Origin: Pseudodesulfovibrio mercurii
GTDB taxonomy: Bacteria; Desulfobacterota; Desulfovibrionia; Desulfovibrionales; Desulfovibrionaceae
Direction of reading: 5' to 3'
NCBI RefSeq assembly: GCF_000189295.2
Contig: NC_016803.1
Location: 3,360,001 to 3,392,000 of the forward strand
Length of the DNA stretch: 32,000 bases
Numbering within the stretch: position 1 is the first letter of the stretch; each line of letters starts with the position of its first letter. This document shows positions 16,159 through 23,598 of this stretch, piece after piece. The notes under the pieces are model-generated. The model was not told the DNA's origin. It saw nothing but the letters and a program-made list of their open reading frames with translations, and did not search any database. A program made the position numbers and the translations under genes.

Positions 16159-18747
16159 ATGGGCCTGTTCGACCGGTTGCGGTTCCGCAAAAAGGAAAAG
16201 ACCCCCGAGGAGCGGGCCGAGATGCGTCGCGTCTTCGCCACCCGCTACGACCATTTCCGGCTGCTCATCCAGGCCAACACCCGCGCCCACGAACTCATGG
16301 GCGAGCTGGAGGAGGCCCTGCGCGGCTTCACCCCCTACGGCATGCACTTCGTGCGCACCCTGTGCACGCGCATCTCCACCTCCATCTACCAAATGGTCCG
16401 CCACCTGGGTGAACTGGAATCCCAGGGCCACAGGGAGCTGGTCGCGGCCATGCAGGTCATCAACGAGCGGATCATGGAGGAGCTGGAGCCTGAAAACCAT
16501 GCCGTCAGCGGCAGCCTGGTCATCGACCTGACCGAGGTCAACCGCGACCACGCCGACCTGTGCGGCCCCAAGATGGCCATGCTCGGCGAGGCCGGGTCCA
16601 GTCTGGGCCTGAGCATCCCGTCCGGCTTCGTCATCACCGTGGCCGCCTACCACCGCTTCGCCCAGAGTCAGGGTCTCGGCACCGAGATCGACCGGCTCAT
16701 CCAGACCATGGCGGGCGACGACCGCGAGTCCGTGTTCCAGGCCTCGTCGAGCATCATGCAGCTGGTCATGGAGACCCGCCTGCCCGACGACCTGGCCGAG
16801 GCCATCCTGGAGGCCTACGACAATTTGGCGGCCGGACTCGGCGCCCTCCCGGACCTGGCCGTGCGCTCCAGCGCGCTGGGCGAGGACATCGAGGGCTCCT
16901 CCTTCGCGGGCCAGTACCGGTCCGTGCTCAACGTGGACCGAGCCTCCCTGCTCGACGCATACAAGGAGGTGGTCGCCTCCAAGTATTCGCGCCAGGCCAT
17001 GGCCTACCGGCTGAGCCACGGCATCCGCGACGACGACGTGGCCATGTCCGTGGGCTGCATGACCATGGTCCAGTCCATGGCCGGCGGCGTGGCCTATTCC
17101 GGCAACCCGATCAACGTGCGCGACGACCGCGTGTCCATCAGCTCGGTCTGGGGACTGCCCAAGCCCGTGGTGGACGGCACGGCCGGGACCGACGAATTCA
17201 TCGTGGCCCGCGACCCCCTGCGTCTGGAGGAGGTCCACGTGGCCGACAAGATCGACATGTACGTCTGCAGCCAGGACGAGGGCGTGTGCCGCGAGGAGCT
17301 GACCGGAGACAAGGGCTCGCAACCCTCCCTGACCGAGGAACAGGCCCTGCTCGTGGCCCGCGAGACCGTGCGCATCGAGGAACATTTCGGCATCTCCCAG
17401 GACATCGAGTGGGCCATGACCGCGGACGGGGCCTTCCATCTGCTGCAATGCCGCCCGCTCATGCGCGTGTCCTCGGGCGAGAGCGAGGCGCCCGTGGCCA
17501 ACCTGCCCGAGCCGGTGCTCAAGGGCGGACGGACCGCCAGCCCGGGCGTGGGCGTGGGCCCGGCCTTCACCGTGCGCAAGGATGTGGACGCCCTGAGTTT
17601 CCCGGACGGCGGGGTGATGATCCTGCGCCAGGCACTGCCCAGCAGGGCGGCCCTGCTCGACCGCGCCAGCGCGCTCATCTCGGAGCAGGGCGGCATGGCC
17701 GGGCACTTGGCCAACGTGGCCCGCGAGTTCGGCGTCCCGGCCCTGTTCGGGGTCAAGGACGCGGTGGGCCGCTTCGAGAACGGCCGTATCCTGACCGTGG
17801 ACGCCGAGGGCCGCGCCGTGTACGACGGCGCGGTGGAGGCCCTGCTCAAGGACCACCCCCGGCAGCGGATCATGCGCGGCAGCCCGGTCCAGGCGGCCCT
17901 GCGCAAGGCCGCCCGCCACATCGTCCGCCTGAACCTGACCAACCCGGAGTCCCCGGAGTTCAAGCCCGTCAATTGCCGGACCCTGCACGACGTCATGCGC
18001 TACTGCCACGAGCGGGCCGTGAACGTCATGTTCGCCTTCGGCACCCACGACGACTACATCGAGGCCGCCAGCCGCCAGCTCATCTGCGACGTGCCCAAGC
18101 AGTTCTGGATTCTCAACCTGGACGACGGCTTCTCCCCCGAGGGGCTGGCCCGCAAGGACCGCTGCATCCTGCTCGAACACATCGTCTCCTATCCCATGCA
18201 GATGCTCTGGGCGGGCATGCAGGCCGTGCCCTGGGAAGGCCCGCCGCCGGTCCACGGCCGGGGGCTCATGTCGGTCATGTTCGAGGCGACCATGAACCCG
18301 GACCTGATCCCGTCCTCGGGCACCCGCTACACCCAGAAGAACTATTTCATGGTCTCCAAGAACTACTGTTCGCTCCAGTCCCGTTTCGGCTTCCACTTCT
18401 GCGGGGTCGAGGCCCTGGTGGGCGAACGGATCAGCGAGAACTACGCCTCCTTCCAGTTCAAGGGCGGGGCCGCCAACATGGAGCGCCGCATCCGCCGCGC
18501 CCGCTTCGTGGGCGACATCCTCGAGATGTACGACTTCCGCGTCCGCGTGCGCCAGGACAACATGTTCGCCCGCGTCGAAGGACTGGACCACGACACCATG
18601 GGCCATCGCCTCAAGATCATCGGCTACCTCATCACCCACACCCGCCAGCTCGACATGATCATGTCCGACGAAGCCGCCGTGGCCCGCCGCCGCGAACGCT
18701 TCCTCAAGGACTTCAAAATGTTCGACCCCCCGACCGAGGACGAATGA
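16159..18747 (+). CDS. PEP synthase / pyruvate phosphate dikinase-like enzyme: ATP-grasp nucleotide domain plus swivel phosphohistidine domain, with unrecognised N- and C-terminal regions
   Basis: 862 aa. CGPKMAMLGEAG, LAVRSSALGEDIEGSSFAGQYRSVLNV and IEWAM..HLLQCRPL (PPDK_N type). GGMAGHLANVAREFGVPALFG (mobile His domain, His516 at 17704..17706). I do not recognise the last roughly 295 aa. Confidence 0.9.
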   Translation: MGLFDRLRFRKKEKTPEERAEMRRVFATRYDHFRLLIQANTRAHELMGELEEALRGFTPYGMHFVRTLCTRISTSIYQMVRHLGELESQGHRELVAAMQVINERIMEELEPENHAVSGSLVIDLTEVNRDHADLCGPKMAMLGEAGSSLGLSIPSGFVITVAAYHRFAQSQGLGTEIDRLIQTMAGDDRESVFQASSSIMQLVMETRLPDDLAEAILEAYDNLAAGLGALPDLAVRSSALGEDIEGSSFAGQYRSVLNVDRASLLDAYKEVVASKYSRQAMAYRLSHGIRDDDVAMSVGCMTMVQSMAGGVAYSGNPINVRDDRVSISSVWGLPKPVVDGTAGTDEFIVARDPLRLEEVHVADKIDMYVCSQDEGVCREELTGDKGSQPSLTEEQALLVARETVRIEEHFGISQDIEWAMTADGAFHLLQCRPLMRVSSGESEAPVANLPEPVLKGGRTASPGVGVGPAFTVRKDVDALSFPDGGVMILRQALPSRAALLDRASALISEQGGMAGHLANVAREFGVPALFGVKDAVGRFENGRILTVDAEGRAVYDGAVEALLKDHPRQRIMRGSPVQAALRKAARHIVRLNLTNPESPEFKPVNCRTLHDVMRYCHERAVNVMFAFGTHDDYIEAASRQLICDVPKQFWILNLDDGFSPEGLARKDRCILLEHIVSYPMQMLWAGMQAVPWEGPPPVHGRGLMSVMFEATMNPDLIPSSGTRYTQKNYFMVSKNYCSLQSRFGFHFCGVEALVGERISENYASFQFKGGAANMERRIRRARFVGDILEMYDFRVRVRQDNMFARVEGLDHDTMGHRLKIIGYLITHTRQLDMIMSDEAAVARRRERFLKDFKMFDPPTEDE

Positions 18748-18871
18748 AGATGCCTCCGGCGGCCGGGGGAAGGGGGAGAGGGAACCCTTTGTAAAGGGCT
18801 TCCCTCTCCCCCTTCCCCCGGACCCCCCATCCCCCTCACCTTCCTAAACTTTTTATCGCCGCTTCGCGGGG
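18746..18871 (+). repeat. Intergenic repeat family A, copy 2
   Basis: See copy 1. It starts inside the TGA stop codon (18745..18747) of the PpsA-like gene. Core arms gggggaagggggagagggaa / ttccctctcccccttccccc. Confidence 0.85.
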
Positions 18872-18884
18872 CGGTTCACAACAA

Positions 18885-18926
18885 AAGGCCTTCGACTCAA
18901 CATCGAGTCGAGGGCCTTTCATTTTT
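18885..18926 (+). terminator. Intrinsic terminator downstream of the PpsA-like gene
   Basis: aaggccttcgactc-aacatc-gagtcgagggcctt (14 bp including one G.U), followed by tcattttt. Confidence 0.65.
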
Positions 18927-19010
18927 GACTTCTTCTGGAGCGATTCGGGTGCGCAGCTACCCGACAGCGGCTCTTCCCCCGCCGCTTGGACGTCCTCGGA
19001 ATAGGCTTGG

Positions 19011-19126
19011 GAGAGTGGGGCAGCTGTGCATTTTCTTCCAGGGGGCTTTCACCGCAGCGTAGCCGTCTACGTGAGGATGAAAGTCCCCTGGAAAAAATGT
19101 GCAGATGGCCCGCTATCGCAAGCCGC
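19011..19126. repeat. Intergenic repeat family B, copy 2
   Basis: Aligns with 8985..9088. Stem ccagggggctttca / tgaaagtcccctgg, with paired changes relative to copy 1. Confidence 0.75.
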
Positions 19127-19140
19127 TTCCCTAGACCCCG

Positions 19141-19184
19141 AAAAAAAGAAGGCGACCCCCGCCAGGGGATCGCCTTCATTTTTT
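19141..19184. terminator. Bidirectional intrinsic terminator just downstream of tmcA
   Basis: aaaaaaa-gaaggcgacccc-cgcca-ggggatcgccttc-attttt. The stem has one bulge. The A-run on + supplies the U-tract for the minus-strand tmc transcript. Confidence 0.6.
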
Positions 19185-19199
19185 CGAGGGTCTTGCTCC

Positions 19200-19601
19200 C
19201 TACTTCACATGGCATTCGCCACAGGCGATGGGGCCCTTGCCCTGTTCCTTGTGGCAGCCCTGGCACTGGAGGTGGTAGGCCCGCATGAGCGGGGTGCCGC
19301 CGTCGGTGCGCTTCTCCGCGTGGCAGGAGCTGCAGGGCTCGCCTTCGGAGGAGGTCTCGAGGTTCCGGGTGCCGTCGTCGTTCTTGGAGTGGTGGCAGAT
19401 CACGCAGTCGTCCAGGCCGGCCTTCTCGTTGTGGGCGTCATGGGCGAACGGGACGCGGGGACGCTCCAACTTGGCGAAGCCGTCCACCGGCACCTGGGTC
19501 ATGTCGTCCTGGGAAAAGGCCGTGGGGGCCATGTAGACGATGACCAGCAGCATGACGGTGACCATGGAGGCCGCGAGCATGAAGGTATTCTTTTTGTGCA
19601 T
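19200..19601 (-). CDS. tmcA: Tetraheme cytochrome c3 family protein (type II c3, TmcA-like)
   Basis: 133 aa. N-terminal hydrophobic signal/anchor and four CXXCH motifs (CVICH, CSSCH, CQGCH, CGECH). GGGAGG RBS. It follows the HdrD-like and cytochrome b genes. Confidence 0.88.
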   Translation of the reverse strand: MHKKNTFMLAASMVTVMLLVIVYMAPTAFSQDDMTQVPVDGFAKLERPRVPFAHDAHNEKAGLDDCVICHHSKNDDGTRNLETSSEGEPCSSCHAEKRTDGGTPLMRAYHLQCQGCHKEQGKGPIACGECHVK

Positions 19602-19611
19602 GGCGTCCTCC

Positions 19612-20931
19612 CTAGACTTCCGGTTTTTCCATCAGTTCGTAGATGATGTCGCTGATGAACTTTCCGTGCATCCCGAGATCATAGTAACCGATGATGTCTT
19701 CGATGCCGCCGTGGCAGTTGTGGCAGGGGATGACCACATCGTGCACGCCGGTCGCCTTGAGCTGTTCCGCTTTGACCCGGTTGCCGGTCATGCGGGTGTT
19801 CTTGAACGGCGGCCCGCAGTTGATGACGCCGCCGCCCGCGCAGCAGCAGTAGTTGTGCTCGCGGTTGGGCACCATCTCGACCACTTCCTTGCACAGGAAG
19901 TGGACCACGTCGCGGAGCTTGTCCATGAGGCCGCGGCCGCGGATGATGTTGCAGGGGTCCTGGATGGTCACCGGGTTCTCGTACTGGTGGGTGATCTTGA
20001 TCTTGCCCTCGTTGATCAGCTCCCAGTAGAAGTCGATGGCGTGGATGACCGGGACCGGCATCTGTTTGTGGCCGAGCCAGCGGTTGCCCATGTCGTAGAC
20101 CGAGCGGAAGGCGTGGCCGCACTCGCCCATGACGATGCGCTTGACCCGCAGCTTCTGCGCGGACTCGTAGTGGGCGCGTTTGAGGCGGCCCATGTTTTCG
20201 AAGTCGCCCACGAACATGCACATGTCCGAGTTGTCCCAGCCCGGATGGGAGGGCATGGTCCAGTCAACGCCGGCGGCGTTCATGATGGCCGCGGCCTGAT
20301 AGATGAGCTGGGTCCGGAACTTGGGTTCCGGGGCGATGACCGAGTAGTATATCTCGGCCCCTTCCTTGTCGAGCGGGATGCGCAGGTCCGGGAACTCGTC
20401 GCGGGCCTCGTCCTCCTGCCACTGCAGGGAGTCGATCCACTCGTCGTCCTTGACCCACATCTGGTTCATGGTCGAGGCGTGGGAGTGGGCGGTGTCGCGG
20501 ATGTACTGCGGGACCACGTCCAGCAGGTAGCAGATGCGGCGCACCATGGACATGATGTAGCCGGTGTCGATGCCGATGGGACAGTAGTGGGCGCACCGTT
20601 TGCAGAGGTTGCACTCGGTGTAGGCCATCTGGGCCATCTCGTAGATGCGCTGGGGCGAGACCCGGCCCTTCTTGTCCATCAGTTCGTACATGGTCTGGGT
20701 GGCCTTGTTCACGGGCGAATAGCTCGGATCGTTGTCGTGAGACATGTAGAAGTGGCAGCCCTGTGAACAGAGGCCGCACCGCATGCACGTCTCCTTGTAC
20801 GCCCGGAGTTTGGCACCGGTTTCACCTTTGAGCGTCCGGTTGACCACTTCCTCGATCTTGTCGGTGGTCAGCGCGGCGACGCCGGCTTCAAGGCCGACGT
20901 CCGATATGATTCTGTCAGCAATGTGACTCAT
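19612..20931 (-). CDS. tmcB: HdrD/DsrK-like iron-sulfur protein with CCG-type cysteine motifs (TmcB-like)
   Basis: The ATG at 20931 gives 439 aa. Two ferredoxin-type motifs, CMRCGLCSQGCHF and CNLCKRCAHYCP. C-terminal Cys clusters NYCCCAGGG and PCHNCHGG. Confidence 0.88.
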   Translation of the reverse strand: MSHIADRIISDVGLEAGVAALTTDKIEEVVNRTLKGETGAKLRAYKETCMRCGLCSQGCHFYMSHDNDPSYSPVNKATQTMYELMDKKGRVSPQRIYEMAQMAYTECNLCKRCAHYCPIGIDTGYIMSMVRRICYLLDVVPQYIRDTAHSHASTMNQMWVKDDEWIDSLQWQEDEARDEFPDLRIPLDKEGAEIYYSVIAPEPKFRTQLIYQAAAIMNAAGVDWTMPSHPGWDNSDMCMFVGDFENMGRLKRAHYESAQKLRVKRIVMGECGHAFRSVYDMGNRWLGHKQMPVPVIHAIDFYWELINEGKIKITHQYENPVTIQDPCNIIRGRGLMDKLRDVVHFLCKEVVEMVPNREHNYCCCAGGGVINCGPPFKNTRMTGNRVKAEQLKATGVHDVVIPCHNCHGGIEDIIGYYDLGMHGKFISDIIYELMEKPEV

Positions 20932-20963
20932 TATTCGTACCTCGCGTTGCGTAATGGTTTGGC

Positions 20964-21623
20964 CTACCAGTCGTGGGCATGGCGGACACCGCCGAACTCC
21001 GAACCCATGTACGCCCTGGTGAACAGGACGAACAGCGCGTGGCTCAGACGGGTGAACGGGATCAGAGCGAGCAGCAGTTCCCCGGAGAGCACGTGCAGGG
21101 TGGTCATGAGCAGGACCGGACCCACCTGGTGGTAGGCCAGCACGCCGGTGAGGAACGGCAGGGCCACGAGGATCAGGGCAAACCAATCCTGGCAACGGGT
21201 GACGCCCTTGACGTGCGGCAGCGCGAGGCGGCGGTACGCGAAGACGGCGCAGCCGAGCAGGGCCACGAAGCTGACGATGTCGCCGAACTGCGCGGGCAGA
21301 CTCGGCAGGTTGATGCCGAACGCGGTGTTCCACATGACGACGTGCGCACCCAGGAATACGGCCACCAGCAGGAAGCAGAGGTGGAAGATGAAGGTGGTCA
21401 CGGTCATCAGGGGATCGGATTTCCAGCCCATGGACTTGAACGGGATCATCCACACCAGGATGGAGCGCAGTCCGTAGTACCAGCTCATGTAGGCGATGGA
21501 GGAGCCGTCCTTGGCCTTGGCCTGGGAGTACATGCTGACCAGCCGGTAGATGCCGCCCAGGATGAAGACGCCGAAGGCGATCCAGGCGAGGGGGCCGGTG
21601 ACGAAGGCGTAGAATGCAGTCAT
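20964..21623 (-). CDS. tmcC: Integral membrane cytochrome b (NarI/HdrE/DsrM-like, TmcC-like)
   Basis: ATG at 21623 follows GGGGGAG. 219 aa with 5-6 predicted TM helices and conserved His residues (FIFHLCF, GAHVV, TLHVLSGE). Confidence 0.85.
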   Translation of the reverse strand: MTAFYAFVTGPLAWIAFGVFILGGIYRLVSMYSQAKAKDGSSIAYMSWYYGLRSILVWMIPFKSMGWKSDPLMTVTTFIFHLCFLLVAVFLGAHVVMWNTAFGINLPSLPAQFGDIVSFVALLGCAVFAYRRLALPHVKGVTRCQDWFALILVALPFLTGVLAYHQVGPVLLMTTLHVLSGELLLALIPFTRLSHALFVLFTRAYMGSEFGGVRHAHDW

Positions 21624-21636
21624 ATCAGCTCCCCCT

Positions 21637-22896
21637 TTAGAAGTTGCACACTTCCGCGACGATGCGGACGTAGCTGTTGTTTTCGATGGCGCGGATGAGC
21701 ACCTTGGTGCCGTCCTCGCTGAAGATCGGGGGCCACACGGCGTCGAAGTCCCGTTCAAAGGACTTGCCGTTGACCAGGATCCGGAATCTGCCGTTCTTTT
21801 CCACCTTGGCGGCCACGGTCGAGGAGTCCGGGGAGAAGACCACGGGCCAGACCATGTCGTAGGTGCCGGCCCAGGCGGTGCCGTCCACTACGATGCGGAA
21901 GTCCTTGTTGTACTCGGAGGCCAGGATGGCGGCGCGCTGGCCGTCGGGGCTGACCACCAGGTCGGACACGGTGGGCCAGGTTTCGTCCCAGGAGGCGTTG
22001 TTCACGCAGGCGGTGAACTGGCCGTAGCTGGTGGCCACCACGGACCACAGTTTTTCGCCGGAGGCGTCATACTGGAGGTAGAAGCACTGGACGTAGCGGG
22101 GTTCCCAGAGGATGTTTCCGTCCTTGGCCACGCCCCACTTGCCGGCCACGCGGACCGGAGCGACGACGCTGCCGTCCTTGGGACAGAAGATCGGCTCCCA
22201 GACCTGGTTGTAGGTCGCGTCCCAGGGCTTGTCGTCCACGACGATGGTGTGGGCGTAGACAGTGGTCCGGCAGGTGGCGGCCAGGGAGTCGCCCTCGTTG
22301 TTGAAGACCGGGTTCCAGATGTTCACGTAGCGGCCTGCCCAGGCCTCGCCGTCGACGGCAACGGTGTACACGCCGCGCTTGAACCCTTCGAGGTCGGCGG
22401 CGGCCAGGTTTTCGGCCTGGACCACGGCGGCGGTGTGCTCGCCGTTCTTGGAGAAGGCGGGCATGTTGGCGTTTTCAAACAGGTTTTCCCACGGCTCGCC
22501 GTTCACGCACATGCCGTACCGCTCCATGGACTTGTACATGGTGGCGATGGACGAGCCGTCCTCGCTGAACATGGTGTCCCAGATGTAGTCGGTGGTTTCG
22601 CCCATGGCTTCGCCGTCGGCCACCAGGACCCATTCCATGTCCTGCTGGCAGATGGCGGTCAGGCGGCCGTCCGGGGAGAATTTCGGATACCAGATCTTTT
22701 CGAACGTGGCTTCCCAGACCGAGTCGTTGGTCCGAACGGAGAACTCGCCGTCGCCGATCTTGACGATGGCGGCGATGGTCTCGCCGTCAGGCGAGACGTA
22801 CGGCTCTTCCTGCCATTCGTGTCCTTCGAGAGGGGAGAGGGATTTAACGACCGTTTTTTGGCCGGGTTCCCAATCCCATGAGGAGATTTTTCCCAT
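21637..22896 (-). CDS. tmcD: Tryptophan-rich repeat protein (TmcD-like), cytoplasmic, probable beta-propeller
   Basis: ATG at 22896 follows AAGGGGG. 419 aa with about 11 tandem units of roughly 38 aa, of the form V.G..W...YD.VW.P.FSPDG (for example TAWAGTYDMVWPVVFSPDS, KPWDATYNQVWEPIFCPKDG). Confidence 0.82.
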   Translation of the reverse strand: MGKISSWDWEPGQKTVVKSLSPLEGHEWQEEPYVSPDGETIAAIVKIGDGEFSVRTNDSVWEATFEKIWYPKFSPDGRLTAICQQDMEWVLVADGEAMGETTDYIWDTMFSEDGSSIATMYKSMERYGMCVNGEPWENLFENANMPAFSKNGEHTAAVVQAENLAAADLEGFKRGVYTVAVDGEAWAGRYVNIWNPVFNNEGDSLAATCRTTVYAHTIVVDDKPWDATYNQVWEPIFCPKDGSVVAPVRVAGKWGVAKDGNILWEPRYVQCFYLQYDASGEKLWSVVATSYGQFTACVNNASWDETWPTVSDLVVSPDGQRAAILASEYNKDFRIVVDGTAWAGTYDMVWPVVFSPDSSTVAAKVEKNGRFRILVNGKSFERDFDAVWPPIFSEDGTKVLIRAIENNSYVRIVAEVCNF

Positions 22897-23382
22897 AGCA
22901 CCCCCTTGTGTTGTGACACCGCTCCCCATGGGAGCGGCAGAAAATCGTCCCACCCTCGGGCGGCGAGACCGTTCATTCAACGTGGGGGTCGTGTTCGTCG
23001 GACGGCATTCACTTCGGCCCATCCCGACAGGGTCATCGGATTGCAGCCATCCGCCTGGTTCGCTGCGCGCAGCCCGGCGGGCGTGTCTGAATCCAAGGGA
23101 CGGCCGACCTCGGGCACTGAGGCCCGCTTCGCGCGGCCTGCCCGGGGTCGCCGGGCATGACGATTTCGACTCCCAAGGATTCGAGGCGGTCCGGCGGCCT
23201 GGGCCGTCCGAACCAGGATGTGCATCCCTTCCCGAAGTGCACCCTCGATTCCGTTGCTGATACCAGCTAGGGCCTCGGTCCAAGATACATCGCGACAAGG
23301 AATATCCATACATTTCAGCAGATTCCTTGCCGCTCGCAACCTCTTGGCCTGAGACAAGGCTATGTATAAGCACAGGGCAAGA

Positions 23383-23418
23383 AAATAGTCCATTCTTTTC
23401 AGAGTTAAATGACTATTT
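23383..23418. promoter_or_regulatory. Inverted repeat in the AT-rich region upstream of the tmc operon (candidate operator or hairpin)
   Basis: aaatagtccatt (23383..23394) and aatgactattt (23408..23418) match as 11 of 12 inverted repeats with a 13-nt spacer. Confidence 0.3.
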
Positions 23419-23538
23419 CAGACCGGTTCGGTTCGTTATTTTTCGGTAAAATGGTCAAACAATGCCCGGATTTGGCCCGGCGGCGGGGTTGGCGGCCTGT
23501 TGCCGCCCGGACAGGGGGGATTTTCGTCGGTAACGAAA

Positions 23539-23570
23539 GGGGACGCCGGCCGTTTCCGGCGGGCGTCCCC
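23539..23570 (-). terminator. GC hairpin downstream of the tadG-like gene (possible terminator)
   Basis: ggggacgccgg...ggcgtcccc, an imperfect stem 29 nt after the stop at 23599. There is only a short U-tract on the minus strand. Confidence 0.4.
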
Positions 23571-23598
23571 TGATCGGTTTTATGGTGTGTTCGGCGGT

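Noticed and set aside
18746-19126. Possible CRISPR array or mobile element, because of repeated sequences here and at 6758..7075 / 8985..9088
   Set aside because: The copies are not tandem, are not separated by uniform spacers, and are more than 100 nt long with internal hairpins. There are no cas genes. No transposase or integrase is present in the window, so I call them structured intergenic repeats only.
23335-23350. Sigma-54-like element on the minus strand upstream of tmc (aGGCCAagagGTTGCg)
   Set aside because: The -12 TTGC is good, but the -24 box matches only 3 of 6 positions of TGGCAC. It is not distinguishable from chance in a GC-rich sequence.
22977-23393. 138-aa minus-strand ORF (MDYFLALCLYIALSQAKRL...) and other short ORFs in the spacer upstream of tmcD
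   Set aside because: Arg/Pro/Ala-rich shadow-like composition for most of its length, with no RBS and no recognisable motif. I treat it as part of a non-coding leader.
23451-23573. 40-codon + strand ORF (MVKQCPDLARRRGWRPVAARTGG...) in the spacer between tmc and the tadG-like gene
   Set aside because: Arg/Gly-rich and without an RBS. It runs through two GC hairpins that look like terminator structures for the tad-like cassette.
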